Assembly (NCBI RefSeq): GCF_009914755.1
Contig: NC_060938.1
Source: the human T2T-CHM13v2.0 reference genome, Homo sapiens
Direction: 5' to 3' (one strand)
DNA: 64,000 nt
The notes under the pieces were generated by a model. It saw only the letters and a list, made by a program, of their open reading frames with translations. It had not been told where the DNA came from and searched no databases. This document shows, in pieces, positions 25,145 through 40,326 of this stretch (positions are counted from its first letter, which is position 1; each line of letters starts with the position of its first letter). A program made the position numbers and the translations under genes.

Positions 25145-25382
25145 TGATCTGCCCGCCTCGGCCTCCCAAAGTGATGGGATTACAGGTGTGAGCCAACACG
25201 CCCAGCCATTCAGGCCTAGTTATTTAGATTTGGGTGTTGCTTATTGAATCTTTGAATATGGAGGAAAAGTTATGAGATAAAAAGAATAAAAATAGAGACT
25301 ATTCAAAGGCTATGCATGGGACTGGGCACTGTGGCTCATGCCTGTAATACCAGCACTTTGGGAGGCCAAGGTGGGTGGATCA

Positions 25383-25613
<231 letters not shown>

Positions 25614-26832
25614 CTAAACCAAAGGCTATGCATGAGACAAAGTGAACAGTTTATTACTGTGATTATAATAAAATGTTGAATTTATATAGGGTAAAATCTT
25701 GATAGAATGCTTGAATTATATAGGTATTATGGGAAATACAATGTTATGGTTAATTGAAGAATAATACAAAATTTTGTTTTAACTTTTGCTCGCTGGGTTT
25801 TTTCCCCCCCCAAAAATTATACTTTTTTTCCTCTTGATAATTAGGAAACACAGATAAATTATTTTTAGATGATTCAAGATGCCACTATCCTTCAAGTTGA
25901 TTATTGTAAAATACGTGTTTTCAATGTAAAATAACACAGTTATGGAGTTTGGGATATAGCCATGGTAACGACAGAACATACCCTGGTGTTTTAAGATTAG
26001 GGAAAGTCGGATAACATCAAAACAATTCTAAGAAAAAATTTTAAGTATTTTTCAGGCTCTATTAATTAAGAAGTACTTCAGTGCTTTTTTTTCTTTTTTT
26101 TTCCAACACTACAAAGGCTAAAGATGTTATTATCAAATGTATTACTACATCATTGGCACAGTTTCTATTGGTATCTACTTGCTTTTTAATACGGAAGATG
26201 TTTATGATTTACACTCCTCCTACTTTAGAAATTCTCTCCATTCACTTCTTTTGTGCCCCTCCAGATATAATCTGAACTTCCAGGAATAGATCATTCTTGG
26301 TGTTACAAATGTTGGCTTCCCCCCTCCCTGGAATTCTATTAGAATGTTTCTGTCACTTTAGAAGCTTTCTTATTCTGGTGTAACATGCCAAGAAACCCAG
26401 GTATAAAATAGTGATTGTTGAATCTTACTTTGACACGTGTGCCCGTCCTTATAAATCTAGACCCTGTACATTACATGCATACAACTATCCCTATGGATCT
26501 ACTAGTAAATAATCTCACAGACTCCACCTGAGGCTTCTGGAAAAAAAAACAATTACCTTAAATTTTATTAAGAGCTCTTCGTAACCTACTGAGCAAGATC
26601 AGTGAATCCTAAAAAGATTCAGTCCCCGGTTCCCAAAGCGCTTCCCCGCCCCGTGTTTCTGAACAGCTGGAGAGGACAAACCTCCGCTAAGAAGCGGAGG
26701 CCGCCAGTGCTCATCACACGCAGGAATTAGGATATCTGGCTTGAGAACACCTATGCTGTACCACATTCTTCTCTCCCCCTACCCCGCCTGAAATAAAACA
26801 TAGTGAAGCGTAAATCTTGAGTCCCTTGGTAC

Positions 26833-26987
26833 CTTCTCAGAAACGGCGGCGAGGAGGCTTCAGAGGGGCTTCCTGGGCGGGGATCCAGACGGTCGCGCGG
26901 GTATTCAGCACTCTGGGCGGGACAGTCCCTGTCCCGAAGGGAGGGCCCAGGAGGGGTGGAGCCGTCCCCGCCCGAACACGGGGGCAT
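26833..26987 (-). CDS. HSP90AA1: HSP90AA1 long isoform, first coding exon (start of the N-terminal extension; 51 codons + 2 nt)
   Basis: Translation MPPCSGGDGSTPPGPSLRDRDCPAQSAEYPRDRLDPRPGSPSEASSPPFLR matches the recalled N-terminus of human HSP90-alpha isoform 1. The match continues (FLR-S) exactly to a donor AAG|GTACCA (GT at 26832-26831). Downstream exons lie left of the window. Confidence 0.9.
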
Positions 26988-27506
26988 CCGCGCTCCCCGT
27001 AGGGTACCCCGCGTGCTGGCTCCGAAGCGGTGGCCGTCGGGGTGGCGCTCTTCCTCCGCTCTTTGGGGTCCCGGCGCCCCTCAGGGCAGGGCGGGAGACC
27101 GCTGAGGAGGCACCCTCAAGTTCACCTCAGGCTCATGACACCAGCCCCGCCGCGGTTCCCCCTGACCGGCTTTCCGCTGGCCCTGGCGGCTGCGGAACGG
27201 TCAACTAGACCCCACTAGCTGAAGCCGGCATCACCTGGGAAGCAGCCATGCCGCCCGGAGGCCACACCCGGGGGAGGAGCCTGCGGACGCCCAGTCGGGT
27301 GGAGCACGCCAGGTGAGCACGCCTGCGCAGTCGGGCCGTAAACAAGCCCACCCCTTCCCTTTGGCCCGCCCTCGCAGGGCTGGCCCGCGGGTGGGAGGGG
27401 CGAGAAGGAAGAGGCAGGGGGTGGGGGAAGAGGGAGCACCAGGAACAGCGCCTGCGCGGTGGGCGTGATCCGGGCACTTAGGGCAGGATGAACGCTGCTT
27501 TCCAAG
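26988..27506. promoter_or_regulatory. Bidirectional, apparently TATA-less promoter and 5'UTRs shared by WDR20 and distal HSP90AA1
   Basis: NRF1-like ACGCCTGCGCA (27319) and GCGCCTGCGCG (27448), forkhead GTAAACAA (27338), GC box GGCCCGCCC (27363), YY1-like CAAGATGGCG over the WDR20 ATG. Confidence 0.8.
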
Positions 27507-27755
27507 ATGGCGACGGAGGGAGGAGGGAAGGAGATGAACGAGATTAAGACCCAATTCACCACCCGGGAAGGTCTGTACAAGCTGCTGCCGCACTCGGAGT
27601 ACAGCCGGCCCAACCGGGTGCCCTTCAACTCGCAGGGATCCAACCCTGTCCGCGTCTCCTTCGTAAACCTCAACGACCAGTCTGGCAACGGCGACCGCCT
27701 CTGCTTCAATGTGGGCCGGGAGCTGTACTTCTATATCTACAAGGGGGTCCGCAAG
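27507..27755 (+). CDS. WDR20: WDR20 coding exon 1 (83 codons, phase 0); WD40 regulator of USP12/USP46
   Basis: MATEGGGKEMNEIKTQFTTREGLYKLL...RELYFYIYKGVRK is the recalled WDR20 N-terminus; strong Kozak AAGATGG; donor AAG|GTACCG at 27756. Confidence 0.96.
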
Positions 27756-29109
27756 GTACCGACCCGGGCGTCACCGGAGCCAGCCAGCGGCGTAGGCAGA
27801 GGCCGGGAGCAGGGCGGTGACAGTGGGGCCAGGGTGACCGAGAGGGGTGGCCGTCGCTCTTACTTTTGAGTGGGCCGGTAACTCCACTGGGGTACTCCTG
27901 AGGAGAGGGGATTCAGGAGTAAGGAGGGTGGTGGCGGTGGCGTTTCGAAGGGGTGGGGGCAGTGGAAAGGGACCGTGGGGCGCGGGGGTTCTGGCTGGGA
28001 GGCTCCCGGGGGAGCCGGCTGCGTCCCCTCCAGCCTGGTCCATCAGGCTCTGACATGGCCAGGGAGCGGGCCTGCGAGTCCCCGGAAGAGGTGAGGTGGC
28101 CGTCTTGTCTGCTTCGATTGCCTCGCCTCCCTGGAGGGTTGGAAGTCTCGCCCTGGGTTAGAGAACAGGGACGCAAGACGGCTTAACAAGATCTCTGTAA
28201 GGCGGAACCGGGGCCGGGAAGCGGAGCATTGAGACTAGGTCAGAAAGAACCTGCTCGGCACGCAGGGCTACTCCACCTGCTGCCGCACTGACACTTCCTA
28301 GGAGCCTCTCCTGGTGTTAACATTTCTATTTCCAAAAACATCCGCGGGAGGACGGCTGTCACTGTCTCCGCCGTGGGGACCTTCTGAAAGATTGTTAAGG
28401 AGAGTCATCTTGTCCCTTGTAGTATGCGAAGGGCTGAGTACTACAGTTGAAATGATGTTTCCAGTGAACTAAGCTGGTTCAGAGGGGTTGTGTGAGAGTG
28501 CCCAGATTAATCTTGTCCAACAAGTCAGACTGTGTCCCAAACAGGGAGTGATATGCTTTAAAAGCTGCTTTAAAGGGACCATCCTTCTTGGCGGGCGAGT
28601 TACCGGTAATTCTGTGAAACATGTAAGCATCCTTTAAAAGTATCTCTTTAAAAGCAGCCATTTATTAGAGTTTTTCTTTCATTGGCTATGTAACTATGTT
28701 TTCACTGAGAATTGCTTATTTTTGAGATTGTAGTCTTTGACTTGATGTCATGGAAGAGTGAGGAAATTAATGCATCCCACAGCACCTCCAAATAGGACAA
28801 GGTGATAAAAGATTAAGTCGTAAATGCATGTTAGCATGAAAATAAATTGTTCATATTGAAGAGTGAACATTCTTCAGGATTTAATATAGCCAGATCCAGT
28901 ACAGGATTTTCGCTTGTTACAAGAGCTAGGGAAATGACAGTGGTATCTAAATGTAGCAAAGTTGTTTCTTTGATTCAGGGTGAATCTTTTTTTCTTAGTC
29001 TTTATGATAATAAGTGTACCACTGTATTTAGGGTATGCTGTTGGAAGTTATTAAGGGTAAATCGCTTGACCTTTTTTTTTTCCTCGTTTGGAATTGCAAA
29101 AGCTCGAAG

Positions 29110-29300
29110 TAGTCTTCAGTCTAGGGGCTGAAGTTTTACTCCTACTCCCAACTTTGTCACTGACTTGTTTGGGTGACCTTGGATAAGTTATTTAACTTCT
29201 ATTTGCACCTCTTTAAAAAGGGAATGTTACAGTGCACGTTGTAATTAATAATATAATAATCATAATGAACTTTAAGGCCCTGAAACACTCAGTAGATGTA
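29110..29300. mobile_element. MIR SINE remnant
   Basis: GTGACCTTGGATAAGTTATTTAACTTCT core-like motif. Confidence 0.7.
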
Positions 29301-30940
29301 AAATATAGTTAAATACTGACTGTCAAATAAGAAGCTGCCGTCTTGACAGTGATAATCAGAGTGAAAGGACCAATTTTGTCTCAGGAAATTAAGTTTAGAA
29401 TTTTAAGTTATAAAAATTTATATTTATATAAAAATACGATGTGCTTAAAAACTAAATTCACTAACTAGCAATTATTAATGTAGGAATTACTTAAAAAATT
29501 TTTTTTCTTTGAAATGTTATGACTTCTGAAGCATCCTAATGGCAGACCTTATCTGGATCTGGTAGCCCTGTTTTACATCATAAAGACAGGTTTCTTGCCT
29601 GGAAGTATCATTACAATAGTGTTCTCTTTTAGTGGGACGCTATTCCCTGAAGGGTAAAAGGAGGCAAGGTTTTTAAAACCACACCAAAAAATTATTTTAA
29701 ACAAGATAAATGTGAAATACGTAAATTGCCCTTACCTGCATAATTTGAGTGTTTTAACGCTTTTTGGGTAAAATTTCATTTTCATGTGGTAGTATCTTGT
29801 AGATACATTTGCATTGTGTTGCAGATGTTTCTACTCTCTTTTAATTGTAACTTAAACATTTTTTTCCATGAATGAGTTGGCATTTATTTGTTGTTATTTC
29901 TGAGTATAAGTGACTTTTTATGACTATTTTCTGATTTAAAATATAGGAAATACATTTTCCTTAATTGGAAAACCAAAATTTACTTTTTAGAGTTAGTAGT
30001 TACAAACATATTTTTGACAGTTGGCTATTAAACATGTTTTTGTTTTTGTTTTTAGAGACAGGATCTCATCCTGTTGCCTAGGCTGGAGTGCGGTGGCGTG
30101 CTCATCGTTCACTACAGCCTCAAACTCCTGGGCTCAAATGATCTTCCCACTTCAGCCTTCCTAGTGGCTGGAACTACAGGTGTGCACCACCCTGGCTAAT
30201 TAAAAAAAAAAATGTTTTTTAGAGATGGAGGTCTTGCCGTGTTGCCCAGGCTGGTCTTGAACTCCTGGCCTCAAGCGATCCTCCCACCTCAGCCTGCTAA
30301 AGTGCTGAGATTATAGGTGTGACCCACCATGCCCAGCGCACAGTTGGCTGTTTTGACTTTTTTTTTTTTTTTTTTTTTTTTGGTCCTTTGAGGCGTGTAA
30401 AATTTTACAATAATTATTTGGATTATTCAGAAGATCTAATTTAGATGAGTAAATTCAACTTAAGTCTGTGTGTAAAATGAGTAGAAAATAGGTCTTTTAA
30501 AGAACTTAACTCATTAATTACGTGCTACCATTCCTGAGAGGAAACATGGGGTCCTGGGGAAATGGAGTAGGTGAGGAAGTAGTCTAACGTTCATGCTGAG
30601 GAGTGCAATCTTGATCCTTTTAAAAGGTTTACAGGTCAGTGTCTGGAGCTAGAAGGAACTTTAGAGTTTGTTATTTCACCCTCCTCAGAGCGAACCAAGG
30701 CCAGAGAGGGGATGCAAACCTGTTAGAATTTTTTCTCATAGTAAGGAAAATGAAGCACAGCTGAGTCTAAACCAGCTTAGAAGAGACTGATCCACCTTTT
30801 TGATCACAGGGATATTATATACTCCGAGCACTTCAGAATTTACCCCGGCATTTTGCCATATATTATTTTATTAAATTCTTGAGGTAGATTAAAACATCTT
30901 TTCACAATCGAGGAAGTTTAGAATGGGGTTTCTTGTGTGA

Positions 30941-31411
<471 letters not shown>

Positions 31412-31912
31412 TGAGCCACTGCGCCCGGCCGTAAACATCTTTATTACATACTTTGTTCTCCTTTTTTAAAAAAAGAGATTGTGGTCGGGTGCAGTGGCTC
31501 ATACCTGTAATCCCAGCACTTTGGGAGACTGAGGTGGGAGGATCGCTTGAGCCCAGGAGTTTGAGACCAGCCTGGATAACATATCAATACCCTGTGTCCA
31601 CAAAAAAATAATAACAAAAAAAAAATTAGCTGGCCATGGTGGTATGTGCCTGTAGTCACAGCTACTTGGGAAGCGAGGAGGGCTCTTGAGCCGAAGAGTT
31701 AAGGTTACAGTGAGCTATGATTGTGCCACTGTACCCCAACCTGGGCAACAGAATGAGACCCTTTCTTTAAAACAACAAAAAAGGGGAGTGGGGCTATGCG
31801 CCATGGCTCACACCTGTAATCTCAGCGCTTTGGGAGGCCGAGGCAGGTAGATGACCTGAGGTCAGGAGTTTGAGACCAGCCTGGCCAACATGGTAAAACC
31901 CCATCTCTACTA

Positions 31913-32095
<183 letters not shown>

Positions 32096-35000
32096 TTAGG
32101 ATGTAGGATAAAAGATGCCAAAGGTAAGGTAGCTGGGCTTATTGGACCAATCCTCTCATTTTATGGACATCTGTTTTTACATAAATATGAATGGCCTCCA
32201 TTCAGATCTCAGCTTAACCATCACTTCCTCAGGAAATTTTTCTTTGAATCCCCATGGTGTATCAGTTTTACCCTATTACATGTTTTTTTGTTTTGTTTTT
32301 TTTTTTGTTTTTGAGACAGAATCTTGCTCTGTTGCCCAGGCTGGAGTGCAGTGATGTGATCTTGGCTCACTGCAACCTCTGCCGCCCGGGCCCAAGTGAT
32401 TCTTGGGCTACTCCCGAGTAGCTGGGATTACAGGCATGTGCCACCATGCCCAGCTCATTTTTGTATTTTAATAGAGACGGGGTTTTGCCATGTTGGCCAG
32501 GCTGGTCTTGAACTCCTGGCCTCAAGTGATTCACCTGCCTCAGCCTCCCAAAGCACTGGGATTACAGGCTCTATGTTCTTAGAGCATCTTGTGCTTTGCC
32601 TTCCTAGCACTTTTCTGAATTTGTAATTCTGTGTGATGATCCAACTGTGCCTTCTATAAAACAAAGCTCCCTTAGAATAGGGACATTATCTTTCCTGCTC
32701 TCCATCTTCTCAATGCACAGTGCAGTGTCCAGTTTAGAGTTAGGCCCTTGCTGTGTACTTGTTGAGTGAATGACTGAGTAAAGCCATGTCTGTCTATACC
32801 AAACTTGAAAGAGATCTTTAGAAGATGAAAAACCTATTCAGTTTTGGGCCCAAAAGTAACTTGGGTATTTTTTAATAGCTCATATCTTTTAAAAGACATT
32901 TAAAAATATTGCTAGTAGGTAAAAAATTTAACCTTCTTAAAATAGGGAAATCGTGTAAGAGACAATGAAGTAATAGTAAACAAATGACACAGATTACTTT
33001 TGATCTACTTCTGTCAAACCATGTCACCTACAAGATCCATGTACAACTTTTAAAAACTGTTCTCAGGCCAGGAGTGGTGGCTCATACCTATAATCCTAAC
33101 ACTTTTGGGAGGCCAAGGCGGGAGGATTGCAGGGGTCCAGCCTGGGCAACACAGTGAAACCTCGTGTGGGTTCGAGACCAGCCTGGACAACATAGTGAAA
33201 CCCTGTCTCTACAAGGGTGGGCGTGGTGTCATGTGCCTCTAGTCCCACCTACTTGGAAGGCTGAGGTAGAAGGGTCACTTGAACTGGGGAGGTTGAGGCT
33301 GCAGTGAGCTGTAATCGTGCCACTGCACTCCAGCCCGGGCAAGAGAGTGAGAGCCTGTTTCAAAAAAAAACAATCAATAATAAACAAAAACTATACTCAG
33401 AATTACTTAACATTCAAGCCAAAGAACCTTCCTACCTTCCCACATCTTAAGATTCCAGGTCACAAATGTACTGCCCAGAGAAGTTACTGAAGTGGTAACT
33501 ACAGGAGGTAGGAAGTAGATTTAGAGGATTCTAAGGTTTTTCCATCTCTAAAGCTTATATGATTCTGTACTCAGTTGTTTTTTTTTTTTTTAAATGGAAA
33601 TGGATTCATCATTCTATTGGGGAGGTATCTTCATCTCTTTGATTCATTGCCTACTTGATTTGGAATTGAGAGGGGTGGGGTGTTTGGGAAAGCAAGCTGA
33701 AAACATTGTGATTTCTAGGTATTTATGCTGGAAGAGTTTTTTTGTTTGTTTGTTTGTTTGTTTGTTTTTGAGACGAAGTCTTGCTCTGTCGCCCAGGCTG
33801 GAGTGCAGTGGCTTGATCTTGGCTCACTGTGACCTCTGGCACCCGGGTTTTAAGCGATTCTCCTGCCTCAGCCTCCGAAGTAGCTGGGATTACAGGCACT
33901 TGCCACCATGCCCAGCTAATTTTTGTATATTTAGTAGAGACAGGGTTTCAGCATCTTGGCCAGGCTGGTCTTGAACTCCTGACCTTGTGATCCACCCGTC
34001 TCGGCCTCTCAAAGTGCTGGGATTACAGGTGTGAATCACCATGCCCGGCTAGAAGAGCTTTATGTTCATGATGCTGAGATGAAGTTGGGGCCAGAAGAAG
34101 AGTCAGTTGATAAAAGCTAAAGTATTTTTAGATCCTGATTAAAGAAGAAGGTAATGGGTTGACTTGAGAGAGAATGAGCGTTCTGTTATGGGAATGCTCA
34201 TATGGGAAATGTTCTGTCTCTTTGTCAAAAACTGCAGGACCACCTGTTGGTGACATTGGAGGAATTCCTGCTTTGTGTGGGAGGGTGAACTAGATGCCTT
34301 TAAAAAAAATTTCCCCCCCACAGACTTGTTTTAGATATTTTACTGCTTCAGAGAGGGTCATGTTCACACCATTCTCCCCTTTTGTAATTTTTCACACCTC
34401 CCTGGCTCCCCTTTTATAATTTAGAAAGAGGTTTAGAAGTCTGTAACTTTTTGTATTAGATTTACTTTGAGAAATCTTGTACTTAATTTAGTAGGTCACA
34501 GAGGGTTGCTGAATGACTGGAAACTTGTGTTTCTTTTCCATTAAGGGCTATTTGCTGACTTCTGAAATATTGATGATTTATTTGACTTTAGAATTTTGCA
34601 TACTGAGGGGAAAGCATCTTAATGTATCATTTAAAGCAGGAGATACTTTCATACTATACCTGGGTTCTCTTGGCTTTGAAGAGGAGGGTGGTCATGAGAT
34701 ATTGAAAGATTGCATGGGTGGCCTGTAATCCCAGCACTTTGGGAGGCTGAGGCGGGTGGATCATCTGGGGTTAGGAGTTCAAGACCAGCCTGGCCAACAC
34801 GGGGAAACCACATCTCTACTAAAAATACAAAAATTAGCCAAGTATGGTGGCGCATGCCTGTAATCCCAGCTACTCAGGAGGCAGGAGAATCACTTGAACC
34901 CAGGAGGTGGAGGTTGCAGTGAGCCAAGATCGTGCCAGTGCACTCCAGCCTGGGCAACAAAGCGAGACCTTCCCAAAAAAGGAGGACTTCATGGGTAGAT

Positions 35001-35294
35001 ATGAGCAATGGTGAGAAGCACCTGGAATATGTCATGGAAGTCCGTGAGATAGTCATGAATGCCATTCTTTCAGCAAATATTCATGGAGTATGCCTACCAG
35101 ATATGAGGTACTGTTTTAGATGCTGGGTGTAGTCAGAGTCTCTGCCCTCAAGAAATGTGTCACTTATACGATATTTATTATCATTGACTTAATATAGTGA
35201 CTTAAGGGTAAAGTGCTTTGATGGCAAACTTGAGCTTGAGCAAGCATCAAAACATGGTGGATTTTGTCACTGAGTGGTTTGGCTGTATGGCTAA

Positions 35295-35631
<337 letters not shown>

Positions 35632-36254
35632 TAAAAATAGGAAGATTTTTGTCGTCTGGAATTTAGTATCTCAGAGAATAATTCTGTTTGTTTCTCAGTG
35701 AGGTTAGTTTGTGCAGTAATATGAAATGTGATCTTGTTTGGTTATTCAGGAGAAGACCTTAAAAATAGAAGTAACCTTAATTGGTAGACATTTCTAATTG
35801 GTAGACTTCAGTTTTAATTTTCAGGACACTTGAAATTGACAGCATCAGTGACAAGTTACCTTGGCTCTTGCCCTTAATCCCAGTATTTTAGGAGACCGAG
35901 GCAGGAGGATTGGTTGAGCCCCAGGAGTTTGAGACCAGCCAGGGCAACATAGTGAGAGCTCATCTCTACAAGAAAAAATTAGCCAGGTGTGGTGGTGCAC
36001 GCCTGTGGCCCCAGCTATTCAGGTGGCTTAGGTGGGAGAATTGCTGGAGCCTGGGAGGTTGAGGCTACAGTGAGCGGAAATTGTGCCACTGGACTCCAGC
36101 CTGGGTGACAGAGCTGAGACTCTGTCTCAAAAAAAAAAAAAATCATAATCCTCATTCATCAAGCATTTATTGATGACTGGTATATACAAGGCACTGCTGT
36201 CTATTGTGGCTGATGTGAAGTGTATTTAACACTCCTGTCTTTAAAGAGTTTGGC

Positions 36255-36256
<2 letters not shown>

Positions 36257-36284
<28 letters not shown>
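36257..36284. repeat. (TG)14 microsatellite at an Alu tail
   Basis: Directly visible. Confidence 0.95.
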
Positions 36285-36288
<4 letters not shown>

Positions 36289-36443
36289 GAACAGGGTCTC
36301 ACTGTGTCACCTAGGCTGGAGGGCAGTGGCACAATCATAGCTCACTGCAGCTTCAACCTCCTGGGCTCAAGTGATCCTCCCGCCTCAGCCTCCTGAGTAA
36401 TTGGGACTACAGGCATGTGCCACTGTGCCTGGATAATTTTTAA

Positions 36444-36533
<90 letters not shown>

Positions 36534-39500
36534 TGAGACCGTCCTGGCTAACACAGCGACACCCCCTCTCTACTAAAAATACAAAAAAATTTAGCTGGGT
36601 GTGGTGGCGGGTGCCTGTAGTCGCAGCTACTCGGAAGGCTGAGGCAGGAGAATACTTGAACCCGGGAGGTGGCGCTTGCAGTGAGCTGAGATCGTGCCAC
36701 TGCACTCCAGCCTGGGCGACAGAGTGAGACTCTCTCAAAACAAAACAAACAAACAAAAAATACATACATAAATACATTTTTTTCTTTTGTAGAGACTGGG
36801 TCTTGCTGTGTTGCCTAGTCTGACCTTGAACTCCTGGGCTCAAGTGATGCTTTTGCCTTGTGCTCCCAAAGTGCTGGGATTACAGATGTGAGCCATTGTT
36901 CCCGGCTGATTTTGTATTTATCATTATAATACAAAGTAGAGGATATGTGCTCTGCATGTGGCATAGCAATGTAAGTATCAAGTGGAATTAAGGAGTAAAG
37001 GTGAAGTGGAAAAGTATTTCTCTGCCTAGTAGAAGAATATTGCATTGGGTTTCAAATAGATAATTTGCCCTAAAATGTTGTGTGCAGATCATATTTTTTA
37101 TAAATTTTTAAATTTGTTGCCTTGTATTTCTAATTTCAGAAATGCTTTATTTTTATTTCTGATTGAGCGTAAGATGTCCACTGCTCTTTTAGCATTTTTC
37201 TCAACTTTTCAGCTTCTCTGCCAGTTGGTAATTTGTAAATTGAGAAATATTTTGTGTCATCAATTCTATTTTATTTATTTATTTATTTGAGACGGAGTCT
37301 CACTCTGTCGCCCAGGCTGGAGTGCAGTGGCTCGATCTCAGCACACTGCAACCTCTGCCTCCTGGGTTCAAGCAGTTCTCTGCCTCAGACTCCAGAGTGG
37401 CTGGGACTGCAGGCACACGCCACCACGCCCGGCTAATTTTTGTATTTTTTAGTAGAGATGGGGTTTCACTGTATTGGCCAGGCTGGTCTCTTAACTCCTC
37501 ACCTCGTGATCCACCCGCCTTGGCCTCCCAAAGTGCTGGGATTACAGGCATGAGCCACCGCACCCAGACGTCGATTCTATTTTGTAGTAGATTTTTAAAA
37601 AGTAGATATATTATTCTAAAAACATGCCAAATCAGTTTGTGTTACAGCTTATCTTGCTTTGTATCAATAGGAAAATAGCTTAAATATATAGGTTTTATAA
37701 GAAAGAAGCAAGAATCATTCATGAGGAAGGAATTTATAAGGATTTTATATTTACAAAGTAAGAATCAGGCCTGGCATAGGATTACATCACGCCTGTAATC
37801 CTAGCACGTTGGGAGGCCGAGGTGGGAGGATTTCTTGAGGCTAGGAGTTGGAAACAAGCCTGGACAACATAGTGAGACCCCATCTCTACAAAAATTAAAA
37901 ATTAGCTGAGTGTGGTGGTGTGCGCCTGTAGTCCCAGCTACTCGGGGCCGAGGTAAGAGGATTGCTTGAGCCCAGGGTGGGGAGGTCGAGGCTGCACTGT
38001 GATTGAGCCACTGCACTCCAGCCTCAGCGACAGAATGAGACCATCTCAAAAAAAAGTAAGAATAATTCAGTAAGAGGGAATATTTTAACATCTTAGTTAC
38101 CGCATTGTAGATTATTGCTCTGCCATGAAGCTGTTTTTTTCTTTAGTTGACTCACAGCCAGCTTACCCTTTTACTACCCTTTTTTGTTCTGCTACAGTAA
38201 AACTTGTACAGGTGCTCATTCTCTTTACTTACTTGGATCTCTGCTTTAGAGCTCTGTCTTGCCTTAATATTTCATTTAATAAATATTTGAGTAGTTTTTG
38301 TGTGAAAAGCAGTATGCCAGACTTTGGGAAATCAAAGAAGTATGAGGTATGGGCCCTGACCTTAAGAGTATCATCTAACCAAGGACGGACATGATATTCA
38401 CACACTCATTCTAAGAGGACTTACTGAGTGCCTGCTCTATATTGTTAAGAATCTCTGCTGTCAAAGAGTTCACAGTCCAATGGAATAATCAAGGGCTTAT
38501 TCATTCAACTAACATTTATTGGACCTGTGGATCCAAAGATAAATAAGACATAGTCCCTGGCCCAAAGTGCCTACAGTCTAGTGGTGAGACAGATAAGTAA
38601 ACCAGCAATGATAAGGCAGCTGCTAAAAGGCATTCAGAACTGAACATTGCCTATTAATAGGTGCTGTGTACAGTTGGTGAGAGGATAAATGCATAACTCT
38701 TTAAAGTTTATAGCCTTTTTATTTTCTCTTCAAAACCATCCATTGGGGAATTTTTTTTTTTTTTTTTTTTTTTTTGTCATTGGAGAGATTGTAGTGTGTC
38801 CACGGATAATGAAGGGCTACAGTAGAGCCTGATGTTAAACCCAAGGCCTGTGCCTAGGCCTCTTACACGAGCTTTTCTGTCAAAAAACGAACTATGACTG
38901 ATACTGATGTGATTCCTGAGAGTGGGAAATAGTAGGCTAAAAAGTAATTAGGAGGTGTTTTTTTGTTTTTGTTTTTGTTTTTGTTTTTTTGAGACAGGGT
39001 CTCACTTTGTAGCCCAGGCTGGAGTGCAGTGGCTCAATCATAGCTCACTGCAGCCTTGAACTCCTGGGCTGAAGCCATCCTCCCACCTTAGCCTCCCATG
39101 TAGCTGGGACTACAGGTGTGCACCACCACGCCTGGCTAATTTTTTTTTTGGTAGAGACGAGGTCTTGCTGTGTTGTCTGGGTTGGTCTTGCCTGGGTTCA
39201 AACGATCTTCCTTCCTTGGCCTCCCAAAATGTTGGGATTATAGGCATGAACCACCATGCTGGGCCAGGAAATATTTTATAGAAGAGATATGACATGGGTA
39301 CTCTTTTCTTTTCCTTTTTCTTTTTTTTTTTAATGAAACAAGATTTCACTTTGTCACCTAGGCTGGAGTGCAGTGACACAATCATGGCTCACTGCAGCCT
39401 CAACCTTCTGGGCCCAAATAATCCTCCTGCCTCAGCCTTCCAAGTAGCTGAGTCTATAGGAGCATGCTACCACCCACACCCACCTGGCTAATTTTTACTT

Positions 39501-39861
39501 TTTTTGTTTTTGGACACAGGGTCGGTCTCACTCTGTTGCCCAGGCTGGAGTGCACTGGCACGATCTCAACTCACTGCAACCTCCGCTTCCTGGGATCAAG
39601 GGGTCTTCCCACTTCAGCCTCCTGAGTATCTGGGACTATAGGCACCATGCCCGGCTAATTTCTGTATTTTTTTATAGAGACAGGGTTTCACCATGTTGCC
39701 CAGGCTGGTCTTGGACTCCTGACCTGATATCATCCTCCCATCACAGCCTCCCACAGTGGTAGGATTATAGGTGTGAGCCACTGAACCCTGGCCCATGAGT
39801 ACTCTTTTTCTTCCTCTCGGATATAAAGAAATGATCTGAACATCCCTGGAAGTATTGATAA

Positions 39862-40326
<465 letters not shown>

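Larger units (their letters stand above)
26620..28390. promoter_or_regulatory. CpG island spanning both first exons
   Basis: Abrupt GC- and CpG-rich, repeat-free segment within AT-rich, Alu-dense flanks. Boundaries estimated by eye. Confidence 0.9.

Noticed and set aside
25957-25970. RFX X-box-like GTTACCATGGCTAT (minus strand)
   Set aside because: Only one good half-site; insufficient without binding data.
26828-27760. Both divergent first-exon donors read AAG|GTACC, with a third GGTACC at 27003
   Set aside because: Most of the match is donor consensus and there is no longer inverted homology; likely chance.
27756-27869. Continuation of the WDR20 ORF (VPTRASPE...)
   Set aside because: Read-through past the donor into intron 1. 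The same applies to 26751-26832 for HSP90AA1.
34513-34728. 71-aa ATG-initiated ORF in non-repeat intronic sequence
   Set aside because: No recognisable domain or splice context, ends in an Alu, and its length is within chance expectation.
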